64,000 nucleotides of DNA from Spirochaeta sp. (GCA_007130865.1 SLRR01000104.1:1159-65158), one strand, 5' to 3'. Counted from the first letter of the stretch, positions 8,722 through 20,520 are shown. Program-made: numbers and translations. The notes: generated from the letters alone by a model not told the origin.

Positions 8722-10926
8722 ATGGAACTCTCTTTTGAACGGGAACGGCAACCCCTGGCAGCACGGATGCGTCCCCGTTCGCTGGAGGAGTTTATCGGCC
8801 AGGACCACATTATCGGTCACGGACGGCTCCTACGGCGTGCGATCGAAGCGGATCAATTACAGTCGATTATTCTCTCCGGACCACCCGGTTCCGGTAAAAC
8901 GACCCTGGCGCGGGTGGTGGCGGAACGTACGCGCAGCCAGTTTCTCTCGATCAACGCGGTTTTAGCCGGTGTTAAGGATATCCGCAGAGCGATCGAACAG
9001 GCGCAGGAGTTTGTCCACGGCACAAACCGAAAGACGCTGCTTTTTGTCGATGAGGTTCACCGCTGGAACAAGAGCCAGCAGGACGCTCTCCTTCCGTGGG
9101 TGGAAAACGGCCTGGTGGTGCTCATCGGAGCCACCACGGAGAACCCTTTCTTTGAAGTAAACCGTGCGCTCCTTTCCCGGAGTCGTGTGTTTCTCCTTAC
9201 CTCCCTTACGGAACAGGACCTGGAACGGGTCATGGACGCAGCCCTGGCCGACCGCGAGCGCGGTTACGGCGAGTACCACGTGACCGTCGATCCAGAGGCA
9301 CGGAAACACCTGGTCTCCACCGCCGCCGGGGACGCCAGGACGCTCCTGAACGCGCTGGAACTCGCCGTGGAGACCGGACATGATCGCTTCCCTCCACCTC
9401 CGGGATCGACGATCGCGGTTGACCTGAAAACCGCTGAAGACAGCATCCAGCGACGGGCCGTACTCTACGATAAGGACGGAGACTACCACTTTGATACTAT
9501 TTCCGCGTTCATCAAGTCCGTGCGCGGCTCCGATCCGGACGCCGCTCTGTACTGGCTGGCGCGCATGATCACCGCCGGTGAAGATCCCCGTTATATACTG
9601 CGCAGGCTGCTGATCCTGGCGGCGGAAGACGTAGGGCTCGCCGATCCGCAGGCTCTCGTTCAGGTCAGCAACTGCGCCGCATCGTTTGATCGTGTCGGCC
9701 TGCCGGAGGGACAGTTTCACCTGGTGCAGGCTACCCTTTACTGTTCCAACGCGCCAAAGTCCAATTCCGCCCTGGGATACTTTGACGCGCTTAAAGCTGT
9801 TCAGAGCAATATAAACCACGAGGTTCCCGACCACCTTCGCGACCCCTCCCGGGACGGTGCCGATCTCGGACACGGTCGCGATTATCTGTACCCCCACGCG
9901 TACCGCGGTCACTGGGTAGCTCAGCAGTACCTGCCGGAATCTCTCCAGGGAAACCTCTTTTACCAGCCCGGTGATCTTGGATGGGAAGGTGAACGCAAAA
10001 GCGTCCTGGCGGAACACCGTCGCCTCCAACAAGCGGTGGAAGAGGAACAACGCCGGAGTATCTTCGTTGCGACCCCGGGGCAGGGACGCGGCTACCACTG
10101 GTTGCAGCGCTTGGATGAGGGAGTACTCCAGGAAGCGCTGGTTTTACGCGATGAGGTTCTCCGCTTTCTCGAGCCGGGCTCGACGGACCGGGTTCTCCTG
10201 CAGGGGGCGCCTCTTCAGCTCTTCCTCTGGGAAGTTCAGCGCCGTACCACCGGAGGCCTCACCTCCGCGTGGTGCAGCGACCCGCGGGATCTTGAAGCGA
10301 TACGCCACCAGGTGGAACAGTCGCCCCTCCCCGCTGTAGAGAGACCGCAGGTTACCGGTGGTGTCCGGACTGGAAGCGTTCCCCCCGAGGATGAGGTCTT
10401 TCGCGGCCCGTTTGATCGCATCCTGTACCGTCCCGATCCGTCCGTGCCGGAGGATAATTCCGAACGGAATCCCGGGAGCATCCTGGAGCACGTGCTCTCA
10501 CTCATCACGCCTACCGGCCGCGTACTCGTACTTGAAGTAATACCGCTGGAGTGTTCAAGACCGTCCACGGTGTTGCAACTCCCGCGGAAACACTCTTCGA
10601 TCCTGGATCGAGCGGAACGAGCGATCTTTGACGAGCGGGAACCGCTCTGGACCGACGCTGTCCGCGCGCACGAGGTCGACCACGTATCGTCATTTCACCG
10701 GATACGCACCACCACCAAACGCAGGGTTTCACCGGATATCGTCCGGAAATGGCTGGAGGACGACACGCCCCTTGCGGCAGAAATCATCGCCGGCGATGGT
10801 GAACACGCGTTGCAGGCGCTCCGCTCCGCCGCGGACAAAATCGTGCCGGGCGAACACTCCTGGGAGCGCACGTTTCTTGCCGTTCTGGTCGACTCGAGGC
10901 ACCGTGCCGCGCCGGAACGGTGTTGA
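8722..10926 (+). CDS. rarA: Replication-associated recombination protein A (AAA+) with C-terminal extension
   Basis: [71 protein letters not shown]. Confidence 0.93.
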   Translation: MELSFERERQPLAARMRPRSLEEFIGQDHIIGHGRLLRRAIEADQLQSIILSGPPGSGKTTLARVVAERTRSQFLSINAVLAGVKDIRRAIEQAQEFVHGTNRKTLLFVDEVHRWNKSQQDALLPWVENGLVVLIGATTENPFFEVNRALLSRSRVFLLTSLTEQDLERVMDAALADRERGYGEYHVTVDPEARKHLVSTAAGDARTLLNALELAVETGHDRFPPPPGSTIAVDLKTAEDSIQRRAVLYDKDGDYHFDTISAFIKSVRGSDPDAALYWLARMITAGEDPRYILRRLLILAAEDVGLADPQALVQVSNCAASFDRVGLPEGQFHLVQATLYCSNAPKSNSALGYFDALKAVQSNINHEVPDHLRDPSRDGADLGHGRDYLYPHAYRGHWVAQQYLPESLQGNLFYQPGDLGWEGERKSVLAEHRRLQQAVEEEQRRSIFVATPGQGRGYHWLQRLDEGVLQEALVLRDEVLRFLEPGSTDRVLLQGAPLQLFLWEVQRRTTGGLTSAWCSDPRDLEAIRHQVEQSPLPAVERPQVTGGVRTGSVPPEDEVFRGPFDRILYRPDPSVPEDNSERNPGSILEHVLSLITPTGRVLVLEVIPLECSRPSTVLQLPRKHSSILDRAERAIFDEREPLWTDAVRAHEVDHVSSFHRIRTTTKRRVSPDIVRKWLEDDTPLAAEIIAGDGEHALQALRSAADKIVPGEHSWERTFLAVLVDSRHRAAPERC

Positions 10927-10951
10927 CAAAAGATCGAAAACCCGGCATATT
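10923..10951 (+). promoter_or_regulatory. Sigma-70 promoter of tRNA cluster
   Basis: TTGACA-17-CATATT followed by a GC-rich discriminator. Confidence 0.7.
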
Positions 10952-10964
10952 CCTGGCCACTTGC

Positions 10965-11037
10965 GGTGGATGTAGTTCAATGGTAGAGCACCAGATTGTG
11001 GTTCTGGTTGTTGCGGGTTCGAGTCCCGTCATCCACC
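10965..11037 (+). tRNA. tRNA-His (GTG)
   Basis: Cloverleaf, G-1, anticodon arm ccaga-TTGTGGT-tctgg, GGTTCGA T-loop. Confidence 0.95.
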
Positions 11038-11045
11038 CTGTTGGA

Positions 11046-11120
11046 GCGCCCGTAGCTCAGCCTGGATAGAGCGTCGGACTTCGAATCCGCAGGTCGCAGG
11101 TTCGAATCCTGCCGGGCGTA
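11046..11120 (+). tRNA. tRNA-Arg (TCG)
   Basis: Cloverleaf, anticodon loop CT-TCG-AA, GGTTCGAATCC. Confidence 0.95.
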
Positions 11121-11130
11121 AGACAGAATT

Positions 11131-11203
11131 GGGCCGTTAGCTCAGCTGGCAGAGCAGCAGACTCTTAATCTGCGGGTCGAAGGTTCGATCCCTTCACGGC
11201 TCA
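11131..11203 (+). tRNA. tRNA-Lys (CTT)
   Basis: Cloverleaf, anticodon loop CT-CTT-AA. Confidence 0.95.
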
Positions 11204-11277
11204 TCCGCGCGTCGGACGGTACGATCGGCGGGTCGTACCTTAGCGCTTGACGTAATGATTCCTGTTGGGTATCATTC

Positions 11278-11359
<82 letters not shown>

Positions 11360-11446
11360 CGGGAGAGACGCACCGCGTTGGTGCCACGGGGCACGGAGGC
11401 TTGCAAAAACACCGCTTGAGGTCCCGGTGATTGTGGACCGGTTATT

Positions 11447-11518
11447 GCGAGAGTAGCTCAGTGGTAGAGCTCCACCTTGCCAAGGTGGATGTCGCGGGTT
11501 CAAATCCCGTCTCTCGCT
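11447..11518 (+). tRNA. tRNA-Gly (GCC)
   Basis: Cloverleaf, anticodon loop TT-GCC-AA. Confidence 0.95.
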
Positions 11519-11531
11519 CTTTCCTTACGTG

Positions 11532-11566
11532 AGGCGGTTCGGATTTCTCCGGATCGCCTTTTTTTT
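11532..11566 (+). terminator. Rho-independent terminator after tRNA-Gly
   Basis: aggcggttcgga-tttc-tccggatcgcct followed by a T run. Confidence 0.85.
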
Positions 11567-11597
11567 ATCACTATACTGTTTTGTCGAGAGGGTTCAG

Positions 11598-12953
11598 ATG
11601 GTTCAGGAAAAAACGATCGAGAAACTTGAGGATTCCGCGGTCAAGCTCAGCATTACCGTACCTGCCGAGGAAGTGCGGAAAGCCTACGACGATCTCGTAA
11701 AGAAATATGCCGGGTCCGCGCAGATCAAGGGATTCAGGAAAGGGAAAGTACCCCGCGACATTCTGGAGCGTAAATTCGGCGACGGCTTCCGCGCGGAAGC
11801 GGTGCAGGATCTCGTCGAATCGGCTCTCCAGGAGGTGTTTCAGGAGATCGAAGAACGTCCCCTGCCCTACGCCCGGCCGTCACTCGTAGACGAGGAACTG
11901 GAACTGGAACCAGAGAAGTCGCTCTCCTTCAGCGTGACCTACGATATCTTCCCGGAAGTGGAGCCAGGACCGTATGAGGGACTGACCGTCCACGAACCGA
12001 AGGTGAAGATCACCAGTGAGGATGAGGACAGGGAGATCGAGGAACTGCGACAGCAGAACGCCCTCGTTATCGAGAAGGAAGACGGTGCCGTAGCACAGGG
12101 TGATATCGTGACTATGCACTTTGAGGAAGTGGACGGCTCCGACGCGCCTATCGCTGAAACGCGACGGGAAGACTTCACGTTCACCCTTGGCAGCAGTCAC
12201 AACTATTATCACCTGGACGAAGAACTGGTGGGGATGAAGAAAGACGAGACCAGGATCATCGAGAAAGAGTTCCCTGCGGATTTTGATCACGAAGAACTTC
12301 AGGGTCAAAAGAAGCGTATCCGCGTGACGATCGCCCAGATCAAGGAACGGGACGTGCCGGAACTGGACGATGAGTTTGCCCAGGACGTGAGCGATGACTT
12401 CGAGACACTGGAGGATCTTCGTAAGGACGTGCGCCGCCGTCTCGAGGAGAACGTTAAGAACCGGGTTCGGACACTGCAGGTAGACGAGCTGGTGGGCCAG
12501 ATCCTGGAGAAATCAACGGTCCCCGTTCCCGCATCGATGGTAAGAAACGAGCTTGAATCAAGCTGGCGGGGCCTGGCCGACCAGTACCGGGCAACTCCGG
12601 AACAGATGGAACAACTCCTGACGATGCAGGGTAAGTCCCGGGACCAGCTCTTTGAAGAATGGAAACCCGCGGCCACGGAACGTTTGCGAAAGAGCCTCCT
12701 GGTGCAGAAGCTGATCGAGACCGAGAAGATCGAGGTCGGCGACGACGAAGCGGAGGAACGCATCCGTGCCGACGCGGATGAACGAAACGTTGATCCCGAA
12801 CAAGTTCTTGAATACTACCGCAACAACAATATGCTAAACTACATCAAACAGGATCTGGCGGAGAAAAAACTTTTCGACACGTTGCTTGAACGATCCACGA
12901 TCAAGCCGGGTGAAAAGAAGAAGTATGTGGACTTGATCGCAGAGAATAGTTAG
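11598..12953 (+). CDS. tig: Trigger factor
   Basis: [10 protein letters not shown] signature, ELDDEFAQD, upstream of clpP. Confidence 0.96.
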   Translation: MVQEKTIEKLEDSAVKLSITVPAEEVRKAYDDLVKKYAGSAQIKGFRKGKVPRDILERKFGDGFRAEAVQDLVESALQEVFQEIEERPLPYARPSLVDEELELEPEKSLSFSVTYDIFPEVEPGPYEGLTVHEPKVKITSEDEDREIEELRQQNALVIEKEDGAVAQGDIVTMHFEEVDGSDAPIAETRREDFTFTLGSSHNYYHLDEELVGMKKDETRIIEKEFPADFDHEELQGQKKRIRVTIAQIKERDVPELDDEFAQDVSDDFETLEDLRKDVRRRLEENVKNRVRTLQVDELVGQILEKSTVPVPASMVRNELESSWRGLADQYRATPEQMEQLLTMQGKSRDQLFEEWKPAATERLRKSLLVQKLIETEKIEVGDDEAEERIRADADERNVDPEQVLEYYRNNNMLNYIKQDLAEKKLFDTLLERSTIKPGEKKKYVDLIAENS

Positions 12954-12963
12954 GTTTCTTTAT

Positions 12964-13581
12964 ATGAACGTGCAGAACAACAACCTGGTGCCGATCGTCG
13001 TCGAGCAGACGGGAATCGGGGAGCGATCCTACGATATCTTCTCCCGTTTGCTGAAAGATCGCATTATCTTTCTCGACGGTCAGATCAACGACGTCAGCGC
13101 CGACCTGACGGTAGCACAGATGCTCTTTCTCGAGAGCCAGGACCCGGAAAAGGATATAAACCTTTATATCAACAGTCCCGGTGGCTCCGTTACGGCAGGT
13201 CTCGCGATATACGACACCATGCAGTATATCAGGTCCGACGTACAGACGATCTGCATGGGACAAGCCTCATCGATGGCGGCGCTGTTGCTTACCGCCGGGG
13301 CTCCCGGGAAACGGCGAGCTCTCCCTTCATCGCGCATCCTGGTTCACCAGCCCTGGGGCGGTGTCCAGGGTCAGGCCACGGATATCGGAATACAGGCACG
13401 AGAGATCGTCCGGCTCAAGAAGATGCTGATCGACTATTTCGCGCTCCACACGGGTAAGAGCGCCGACCAGATCTCCAAGGACCTGGAGCGGGACTACTTC
13501 ATGTCCGCCCAGGAAAGCGTGGAATACGGTATCGTGGACGAGATACTGCGACGAGGTAACAATGATCAAACAGAAAAATGA
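12964..13581 (+). CDS. clpP: Clp protease proteolytic subunit
   Basis: [38 protein letters not shown]. Confidence 0.98.
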   Translation: MNVQNNNLVPIVVEQTGIGERSYDIFSRLLKDRIIFLDGQINDVSADLTVAQMLFLESQDPEKDINLYINSPGGSVTAGLAIYDTMQYIRSDVQTICMGQASSMAALLLTAGAPGKRRALPSSRILVHQPWGGVQGQATDIGIQAREIVRLKKMLIDYFALHTGKSADQISKDLERDYFMSAQESVEYGIVDEILRRGNNDQTEK

Positions 13582-14803
13582 AACGGGTAAATCCTGCTCG
13601 TTCTGCGGAAAAAAAGCGGAACACGCCCGACGCCTGATCGCCGGACCGGGTGTATATATCTGCGATGAGTGCGTCAACGTCTGCAAACGGATGATCGACG
13701 AGGAAGATGATATCCTCACCTCCTCGATCCTCGACACCGTGCCCAGTCCCAAGGAGATCAAAGGATACCTCGATCAGTACGTGATCGGACAGGACCCCGC
13801 CAAGAAGACCCTCTCCGTGGCGGTGTACAACCACTACAAAAGGATCAGTCACAAAGTTGATCTCGAGGACGAGGTCGAACTGGAAAAGTCCAATGTGCTC
13901 CTGATCGGTCCCACCGGTACCGGCAAAACGCTGCTCGCTCGGACCCTGGCACGTAAGATGAAGGTTCCCTTTGCGATCGCCGACGCCACGACGCTCACCG
14001 AGGCGGGATACGTCGGCGAGGATGTGGAGAATATCCTGCTCAAGCTCTACCAGGCGGCGGGTGGCAATATCTCCGCTACGGAACGGGGAATCATCTACAT
14101 CGACGAGATCGACAAGATCGCCCGGAAAGGCGAAAACGCGTCGATTACGCGCGACGTGAGCGGCGAAGGTGTTCAGCAGGCGCTGCTTAAAATAATCGAA
14201 GGCACGGTGGCCTCCGTTCCGCCCCAGGGTGGACGCAAGCACCCGAGCCAGGAGATGATCCGGATCGACACATCCAATATACTTTTCATCGTGGGCGGCG
14301 CCTTCGTCGGGCTGGACCGGGTTATCGACTCCCGGATTTCCAAGCAGCCTATGGGTTTTGGCGCCGACGTCCAGACGTCCGCCGAGAAAGATCTGGTCAG
14401 TCTCTACAGCCAGATCCACCCGGATGATCTTATTAAGTTCGGTCTGATTCCGGAGTTCGTGGGACGACTGCCAATCCACGTTACCCTGGAAAACCTCGAT
14501 ATCGACGCGCTCACCCGGATCCTCAAGGAACCCAAGAACAGCGTCGTCAAGCAGTACCAGCTCGCGATGAAGCTCGATCACGTGGAACTTGTCTTTGAGG
14601 ACGGTTCCCTTGAAGCGATCGCAGAACAGGCGTTGGAGCGCAAGACCGGCGCCCGTGGTCTGAAGGCGATCGTGGAGCGGCTCATGACGGAGATCATGTT
14701 CGAGATTCCCTCGATCGAAGGAGAGAAACGAGTCTCAATCAGCCGGGACCATATCATGAGCGGGGAAAAACCACACATCGAGATGATTCAGAAGTCCGCA
14801 TGA
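13562..14803 (+). CDS. clpX: Clp protease ATP-binding subunit
   Basis: CSFCGK zinc finger, [25 protein letters not shown]. Confidence 0.98.
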   Translation: MIKQKNETGKSCSFCGKKAEHARRLIAGPGVYICDECVNVCKRMIDEEDDILTSSILDTVPSPKEIKGYLDQYVIGQDPAKKTLSVAVYNHYKRISHKVDLEDEVELEKSNVLLIGPTGTGKTLLARTLARKMKVPFAIADATTLTEAGYVGEDVENILLKLYQAAGGNISATERGIIYIDEIDKIARKGENASITRDVSGEGVQQALLKIIEGTVASVPPQGGRKHPSQEMIRIDTSNILFIVGGAFVGLDRVIDSRISKQPMGFGADVQTSAEKDLVSLYSQIHPDDLIKFGLIPEFVGRLPIHVTLENLDIDALTRILKEPKNSVVKQYQLAMKLDHVELVFEDGSLEAIAEQALERKTGARGLKAIVERLMTEIMFEIPSIEGEKRVSISRDHIMSGEKPHIEMIQKSA

Positions 14804-17181
14804 AACTCTTTCCCGGGAAACTGCACCAGTCGGAGATACCGGTACTCCCTCTGCGGGAGATGGTGTTCTTCCCCGGAGTAGTCCTGCCGGTCGTAATTAA
14901 TCGGAGCCGCGCCAAGGCTGCCGTACTACGCGCGATGGAGGCGGACCGCCGTGTGATAGCGGTGACGCGATCCGGCGACGGTGATTCATCCGATCCCACG
15001 GATCTGGCCGAGGCGGGAACGATCTCACACGTCGTACAGCTCATGAAGATGCCGGACGGTTCCCTCCGAATAATGCTGGAGGGGCAGGAACGGGTGCATC
15101 TCCGGTCCACCAGAAATACCGACGACGTTCTGTTCGCCACGCCACAGACGATCGGCGCAGACCGGTCGGATCCGGAAGGCGAGCTTCCAAAGCTCGCCAG
15201 AATCGTCCAGGATACGTTCAAGGAGTATGCACTCCTTGCCGGCGTGGTTACCACCGACACTCAACGCAAGGTCGCCGGTGCAGACAGCGCGGATCGCCTG
15301 GTAGACCTGGTTGCCGGACACGTACCGCTGGACCAGGAGAACCGCATCGCGCTTCTGCGGGAAGAGCGTTCCGTACTTCGGTTGCGTGCGCTGGCGGAAC
15401 TGCTCAGCGGCGAGGTGGAACTGCTCAAGCTTAAACGCAACGTGAAAGACCGCGTTCGCAAGCGCCTCGAGAAAAACCAACGCGATTTCTTTTTACAGGA
15501 ACAGATCCGGGAGCTGAACCGTGAACTCGGACAGGAATCCGGTGAAGAGGACGCACTTGAGGAAATCCGACAGCGCATGGAAGAAACGCCGCTGCCGGAT
15601 CCCGTGAAACAGCGAATCTCCAAAGAGCTGGAGCGACTACGCAAGCTGCCGCCGGTCTCGCCTGAATCAGGAATCATCCGGACGTACCTGGATTGGCTAC
15701 TGGATCTTCCCTGGATGAAAGCGCCGCCCCGTACCGTGGATCTCACGTCGGCCGCGACGATCCTCGATGAAGATCACTACGACATGCGTAAACCCAAGGA
15801 CCGACTTCTCGAGTATATTGCGGTGCACACACTCAATCCCGAAATGAAAAGCCCTATTCTCTGTTTTGTCGGTCCACCCGGGACCGGGAAAACCTCATTG
15901 GGACGATCCGTCGCCCGCGCGCTGGGCCGCGAGTTTACGCGTCTCTCCCTGGGTGGTCTTCGGGACGAAGCAGAGATCCGTGGACACCGACGCACCTACG
16001 TAGGAGCGCTCCCGGGTCGTATTATCCAGGCGATGAAACGTGCCGGAACACACGACCCGGTAATTCTTCTGGACGAGATCGATAAGATCGGCGCCGATTT
16101 TCGCGGAGACCCGTCCAGCGCCCTCCTGGAAGTACTGGACCCGGAACAGAACGGCACGTTCTCCGACCATTACATCGAGCTGAACTTTGACCTCTCGCAG
16201 GTGACGTTCCTTACTACAGCGAACTCGCTCCACACCGTTCCGGCGGCTCTCCGGGACCGCCTGGAAATCATCGAGATACCGGGCTACACGGAACCGGAGA
16301 AACGACGAATTGCCCGGGATTTCCTTATCCCGGAACAGTTACGGGAAAACGGCCTTGAACGCAGCCGGATCACGTTTCGTCGGGATGCATTATCCCGGCT
16401 GATCTCGGACTACACCGCCGAGAGCGGCGTCCGCAGCCTGAAGCGCGAGATCGCATCGGTCGTCAGAAAACTCGCACGGGAGATGCTGGAGTCGGGCACC
16501 AACCGGGAGGCGTACGTGCGTCAGATCGGGTCCGGTACGGTACGGAAACTTCTGGGACCGCCACGCTTCCGGTACGACCAGGACCTGTTCCGCGACTCGC
16601 CACCGGGACTCTCTCGCGGGCTGGCCTGGACGGAGAACGGCGGTGTCGTTCTAACCGTGGAGGCCGCGGCGTTCTCCGGCTCCGGTGATCTGATCCTGAC
16701 CGGGAGTCTCGGAGAGGTAATGAAGGAGAGCGCCCGGACCGCACTGAGTCTCGTTCTTTCAGAGCAGGATGAGCTCGGCCTGGAATTTGTCCGGTCCGAG
16801 CGGTCGATTCATATCCACGTGCCGCAGGGAGCGATTCCCAAGGATGGCCCCTCCGCAGGGATAACGGTTTACGCCGCTCTCGTCTCGATCCTGACCGGAT
16901 GTGCCACGCCCCCGGACCTTGGCATGACCGGTGAGCTTACACTCACCGGACGGGTACTCCCCGTGGGCGGAGTCAAGGAAAAACTCCTGGCGGCACAGCG
17001 CCAGGGTTTACGTCGCGTAATTCTCCCCGCAGGCAACCGGATGGACGTGGACGTGCTGCCGCGGGAAGGCAAACGGGGACTCGATCTTTACTTTGTCGAT
17101 ACGATCCGGGAGGTCCTGCCCCTGACGTTTCCGGACCTCGCTCTGCGAAATACCGACCAGACACAGGAGGCCTATTCGTGA
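14800..17181 (+). CDS. lon: Lon protease (endopeptidase La)
   Basis: [35 protein letters not shown]. Confidence 0.97.
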   Translation: MKLFPGKLHQSEIPVLPLREMVFFPGVVLPVVINRSRAKAAVLRAMEADRRVIAVTRSGDGDSSDPTDLAEAGTISHVVQLMKMPDGSLRIMLEGQERVHLRSTRNTDDVLFATPQTIGADRSDPEGELPKLARIVQDTFKEYALLAGVVTTDTQRKVAGADSADRLVDLVAGHVPLDQENRIALLREERSVLRLRALAELLSGEVELLKLKRNVKDRVRKRLEKNQRDFFLQEQIRELNRELGQESGEEDALEEIRQRMEETPLPDPVKQRISKELERLRKLPPVSPESGIIRTYLDWLLDLPWMKAPPRTVDLTSAATILDEDHYDMRKPKDRLLEYIAVHTLNPEMKSPILCFVGPPGTGKTSLGRSVARALGREFTRLSLGGLRDEAEIRGHRRTYVGALPGRIIQAMKRAGTHDPVILLDEIDKIGADFRGDPSSALLEVLDPEQNGTFSDHYIELNFDLSQVTFLTTANSLHTVPAALRDRLEIIEIPGYTEPEKRRIARDFLIPEQLRENGLERSRITFRRDALSRLISDYTAESGVRSLKREIASVVRKLAREMLESGTNREAYVRQIGSGTVRKLLGPPRFRYDQDLFRDSPPGLSRGLAWTENGGVVLTVEAAAFSGSGDLILTGSLGEVMKESARTALSLVLSEQDELGLEFVRSERSIHIHVPQGAIPKDGPSAGITVYAALVSILTGCATPPDLGMTGELTLTGRVLPVGGVKEKLLAAQRQGLRRVILPAGNRMDVDVLPREGKRGLDLYFVDTIREVLPLTFPDLALRNTDQTQEAYS

Positions 17182-18113
17182 ATTCGCTGAAAGGAAAATC
17201 ACTGCTCGCGCTGGTCGACTACACACCGGAGGAAATCCGGTACCTCCTCGACCTTTCCCGTACGGTAAAGGAAGAACGGCGCTCCGGCAAACGACCGCAA
17301 CGATTCAAAGGATTGACCCTGGCGATGCTCTTCGAAAAGCGTTCAACCCGGACGCGAGCCGCCTTCGAGACCGCCTTCGGCGAAGAAGGCGGCCACCCGG
17401 TATTCCTCTCTACGGCGGACATTCAGCTGGGAGCCAAGGAAACCGTAGAGGACACCGCCCGCGTACTCGGCCGGATGTTCGACATAATCGAGTATCGAGG
17501 TTTCCTGCATGAAACAGCAGAGAAGCTCGCGGGACACGCGGGAATACCCGTGATAAACGGTTTGACCGATCGTTGGCATCCCACGCAGGCTCTGGCCGAC
17601 CTGATGACAATCGAGGAACACGCCGGCAACCTCGCCGGGGTGCGTTCCGTTTTTATCGGTGATGGACGGAACAACGTCAGCAGCAGCCTTATCGTCGCGG
17701 CCGGTGCTATGGGCCTCGACCACTACGTAATTACGCCGCCGGAACTCGCTCCGGACCCCGCCCTTCTGAAAACGGTCGCGGAACGGCAGGACTATTCCGG
17801 GTCGGTCACGGTTCTTCACGACCCGTCCGACCTCCCCGGTGGGGCCGCCGTTGTATACACCGACGTCTGGATATCTATGGGAGAAGAAGAGAGTTCCCGG
17901 GAACGCACGGAAACGCTCCGTCCCTACCAGGTGACCGGAGATCTCATGAATCGCGCACCCTCCGCGATTTTCCTGCACTGTCTCCCGGCCGTTCGTGGTA
18001 ACGAGATGACCGCAGAAGTTATCGACGGCCCCGCCTCCCGTGTCTGGGACCAGGCGGAAAACCGTAAACATACGATCAAAGCGGTGATGCTTGCCGGTTT
18101 GGGACTCTCGTAG
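17178..18113 (+). CDS. argF: Ornithine carbamoyltransferase
   Basis: FEKRSTRTR, HPTQALAD, DVWISMG, FLHCLP, QAENRKH. Confidence 0.93.
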   Translation: MNSLKGKSLLALVDYTPEEIRYLLDLSRTVKEERRSGKRPQRFKGLTLAMLFEKRSTRTRAAFETAFGEEGGHPVFLSTADIQLGAKETVEDTARVLGRMFDIIEYRGFLHETAEKLAGHAGIPVINGLTDRWHPTQALADLMTIEEHAGNLAGVRSVFIGDGRNNVSSSLIVAAGAMGLDHYVITPPELAPDPALLKTVAERQDYSGSVTVLHDPSDLPGGAAVVYTDVWISMGEEESSRERTETLRPYQVTGDLMNRAPSAIFLHCLPAVRGNEMTAEVIDGPASRVWDQAENRKHTIKAVMLAGLGLS

Positions 18114-18119
18114 TAAACT
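18091..18119 (+). promoter_or_regulatory. Sigma-70 promoter, predicted leaderless
   Basis: TTGCCG-17-TAAACT-7-ATG(18127). Confidence 0.55.
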
Positions 18120-18126
18120 TTCGATT

Positions 18127-18540
18127 ATGAAAACGACTGGCGTATTTCTGGCTATCCTGATCGTACTGATTCCGGTAGCTTCCCTGGGCGCGCAGCAACA
18201 AGAGGTCGAGCAGGATACGCTCTTCGCTATTACCGTGCAGATTCAGCGTGTATATCCGCACCATCTCGGTTTCAAGGTTGTCTACGACAGGAGCGACCTC
18301 TACCCCGGCGAGGTGTACCTGCCGGGCCGTTGGTTTACCGTAGCAGCGGGTCGGGCGGAACTTCTTTATACTTCGCATCCCAGTGCTCCGTATATGACCG
18401 TTTTTTACCGCAACGGGGAGTTCTCACATCTCCGGCTCGTGGCACAATCCAACCGTTCCCACCGGAGCTGGGGAGCGTTGCCGAGCGGCGCGGACTTGCG
18501 TGAAGCTTTCGCATCGGACGAACTGGTTATCCGGTACTGA
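18127..18540 (+). CDS. Small secreted hypothetical protein
   Basis: Signal peptide (LGAQQ); fills the gap between argF and the DHH gene. Confidence 0.7.
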   Translation: MKTTGVFLAILIVLIPVASLGAQQQEVEQDTLFAITVQIQRVYPHHLGFKVVYDRSDLYPGEVYLPGRWFTVAAGRAELLYTSHPSAPYMTVFYRNGEFSHLRLVAQSNRSHRSWGALPSGADLREAFASDELVIRY

Positions 18541-18554
18541 TCGATAACGTATAG

Positions 18555-19529
18555 ATGTCTGATAGCACAGTACTCACGGTACCGCAGGAACTCGTCGAGT
18601 TCCTGCGTTCCTACAATTCGTTTATAATTGCCGGACACAAGGAACCCGACGGCGATTGCATCGGGAGCCAGGTCGCTCTGGCAAGCGCTCTTCAACGTCT
18701 CAATAAGAATACATACCTCGTGAATCCAGGACCTTTCGACCGGCAGGAGATTGCAGATCAGGAATCGCTTTTCAGCCAGACTATTCCCACCACGGTCGAC
18801 CCCGCCCCCGATGCAGTGGTTGTACTGGACTGTTCCAGCGCGGACCGTATCGGCTCGATCGCCGATGAGATCGACGGTCTTCCCCTGGCGGTAGTGGATC
18901 ACCATGCCGCGGGCGACCGCTTTGGTGACGTTCTTTTTATCCGGCCGGAAATCCCCTCCACGACGATGCTCGTGCAGGCGATTTTTAAGGAACTGGGACT
19001 GGAACCGACGGAAGCGGAAGCGCAGGTGCTCTTTCTGGGTCTGGTCACGGATACCGGCTTTTTTCGCTTCCTCGCACCGGAACAGTACACAGCGTATACC
19101 GCGGCGGCGGACCTTCTCCAGGCGGGAGCTTCACCGCGAGTTACCGACCAGGTAATTTCTTCGGGCCGCACCCTGGAGAGCCGACTCCTGATCGCACGCC
19201 AGCTGCAGCGGGTTGAGACGATTCGCGACGGCGAGATCCTGCTCACGTTTCAGACCCGGGCAGACGAGAAGGAGTTTGGAAAGAGACGTGATTCCGACGC
19301 GCTCTATCGGCTCTTACTCGCCGTTGACGGTGTCCGGGTGATCGCCGTGGCAAAGGAAAAAGAGCAGGGAACTGCCGTGAGTTTCCGCGCCACGGATCAG
19401 ACCGACGTGGGAACGTTCGCCGGCAGGTTCGGTGGCGGGGGTCACCAGAAAGCAGCAGGAGCTTTCGTGGAGGAAGACCTTCAAACCTTTCTGCCGCGCC
19501 TGCGCGCAGCTCTATCCGAGATTCCGTAA
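18555..19529 (+). CDS. nrnA: DHH family phosphoesterase (oligoribonuclease/pAp phosphatase)
   Basis: HKEPDGDCIGS, DHH, TDTGFF, GGGGHQKAAG. Confidence 0.9.
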   Translation: MSDSTVLTVPQELVEFLRSYNSFIIAGHKEPDGDCIGSQVALASALQRLNKNTYLVNPGPFDRQEIADQESLFSQTIPTTVDPAPDAVVVLDCSSADRIGSIADEIDGLPLAVVDHHAAGDRFGDVLFIRPEIPSTTMLVQAIFKELGLEPTEAEAQVLFLGLVTDTGFFRFLAPEQYTAYTAAADLLQAGASPRVTDQVISSGRTLESRLLIARQLQRVETIRDGEILLTFQTRADEKEFGKRRDSDALYRLLLAVDGVRVIAVAKEKEQGTAVSFRATDQTDVGTFAGRFGGGGHQKAAGAFVEEDLQTFLPRLRAALSEIP

Positions 19530-19552
19530 TAACCTCATAGTTGTAGCACTTA

Positions 19553-19571
19553 CGTGTAACAGCGTGTAACA
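19553..19571 (+). promoter_or_regulatory. Direct repeat CGTGTAACA x2 (10-bp period), candidate regulator site
   Basis: cgtgtaaca-g-cgtgtaaca about 30 bp upstream of the sigma-54 motif. Confidence 0.45.
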
Positions 19572-19600
19572 AACCCGGTATTACCTCCTGGAAAACAAGG

Positions 19601-19616
19601 TGGCATACAACTTGCT
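19601..19616 (+). promoter_or_regulatory. Sigma-54 (RpoN) -24/-12 promoter
   Basis: TGGCATACAACTTGCT fits TGGCAC-N5-TTGCW with one mismatch and exact GG-N10-GC spacing; AAGGAGG at 19630 and GTG at 19642 follow. Confidence 0.75.
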
Positions 19617-19641
19617 TCTTTATTTACTGAAGGAGGGAATC

Positions 19642-20511
19642 GTGCCGGCTATAACGACTCTTGACCGCGCCGTCGACGCTTATCGGGAAGGAGATCTCTC
19701 GTGGGACGGATTTGTCCGGCTCGCGGTAGCGTTCATGCAAAACAATATGTGTGAGCGGCATCGGCTCCAGGCCGAGGAACGAGCCGAGATCGTCTCGGAC
19801 TTCTATCCGCGGCTCAAACCGATGGTGGAGAAATACCGATGCCGGGGGGCTTCCTTTGAAGCGTATCTGGCGAGCACGCTCTGTTATTACTGTCGGGCGT
19901 ACGTGAAAAGGAAAATTCTCCGTCGCACTCTGGAGAGTGGGATCTGTACTCTGGACGGCCGACACGACGACGGCAGCGTCGCGGGACTTGTAGAGGAACC
20001 GCCTCCCGAGCCGGCAGAGGGGTGCTACGATCAGGAACTATCCCTCATGCAGGGTCCGGGGCAGCGCGCTACCCTGCGGCGTCAGTTACTGCTGGTGTTC
20101 TGTAAAAACCTCCCTCTCCTGGACAGCACCGAGATACTACGGTATGCGACGATTCTTGATCTACCGACAATCTGGGTGCTCACGATCGTGGACTACGCGC
20201 TTCGTCTTCACGCCGATCGTCTGGCGAACCGTGTGATCATGAGAGAACGGAGAAACGCACACTTCACCACGATGATACGCCTTGAGAGGGCGTTGAAGGA
20301 AGAAACAAGACCTCTGGAGCGCCGACATCTCCTGGAGAAGTACCGGTATCATCGACGGATGTGGCAGGACCACATTCATCGCTTGAAAACACAGAACGTT
20401 CATCTGAGTCACCGGGAGCTCGCGCGGTTGTTCGGAATCTCAAAAGGCTCGGTGGACAGCTCGCTTTACGTCCTCTTTAAGCGGCTTGCCATCGCCTCCT
20501 CGTCCGGGTAA
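19642..20511 (+). CDS. Divergent sigma-70-like protein
   Basis: Region-2-like KYRCRGASFEAYLASTLCYYCRAYVKRK and region-4-like HTH LSHRELARLFGISKGSVDSSL; GTG start with strong SD. Confidence 0.65.
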   Translation: MPAITTLDRAVDAYREGDLSWDGFVRLAVAFMQNNMCERHRLQAEERAEIVSDFYPRLKPMVEKYRCRGASFEAYLASTLCYYCRAYVKRKILRRTLESGICTLDGRHDDGSVAGLVEEPPPEPAEGCYDQELSLMQGPGQRATLRRQLLLVFCKNLPLLDSTEILRYATILDLPTIWVLTIVDYALRLHADRLANRVIMRERRNAHFTTMIRLERALKEETRPLERRHLLEKYRYHRRMWQDHIHRLKTQNVHLSHRELARLFGISKGSVDSSLYVLFKRLAIASSSG

Positions 20512-20514
20512 CCT
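20486..20514 (+). promoter_or_regulatory. Sigma-70 promoter, predicted leaderless
   Basis: TTGCCA-17-TAACCT-6-ATG(20521); the -10 contains the upstream stop codon. Confidence 0.55.
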
Positions 20515-20520
20515 GCGACA

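Noticed and set aside
11046-11120. tRNA-Arg with UCG instead of ACG anticodon as a novelty
   Set aside because: Known decoding strategy in spirochaetes
11388-11405. GGCACG..TTGCA sigma-54-like motif before tRNA-Gly
   Set aside because: Spacing is GG-N11-GC rather than the required N10
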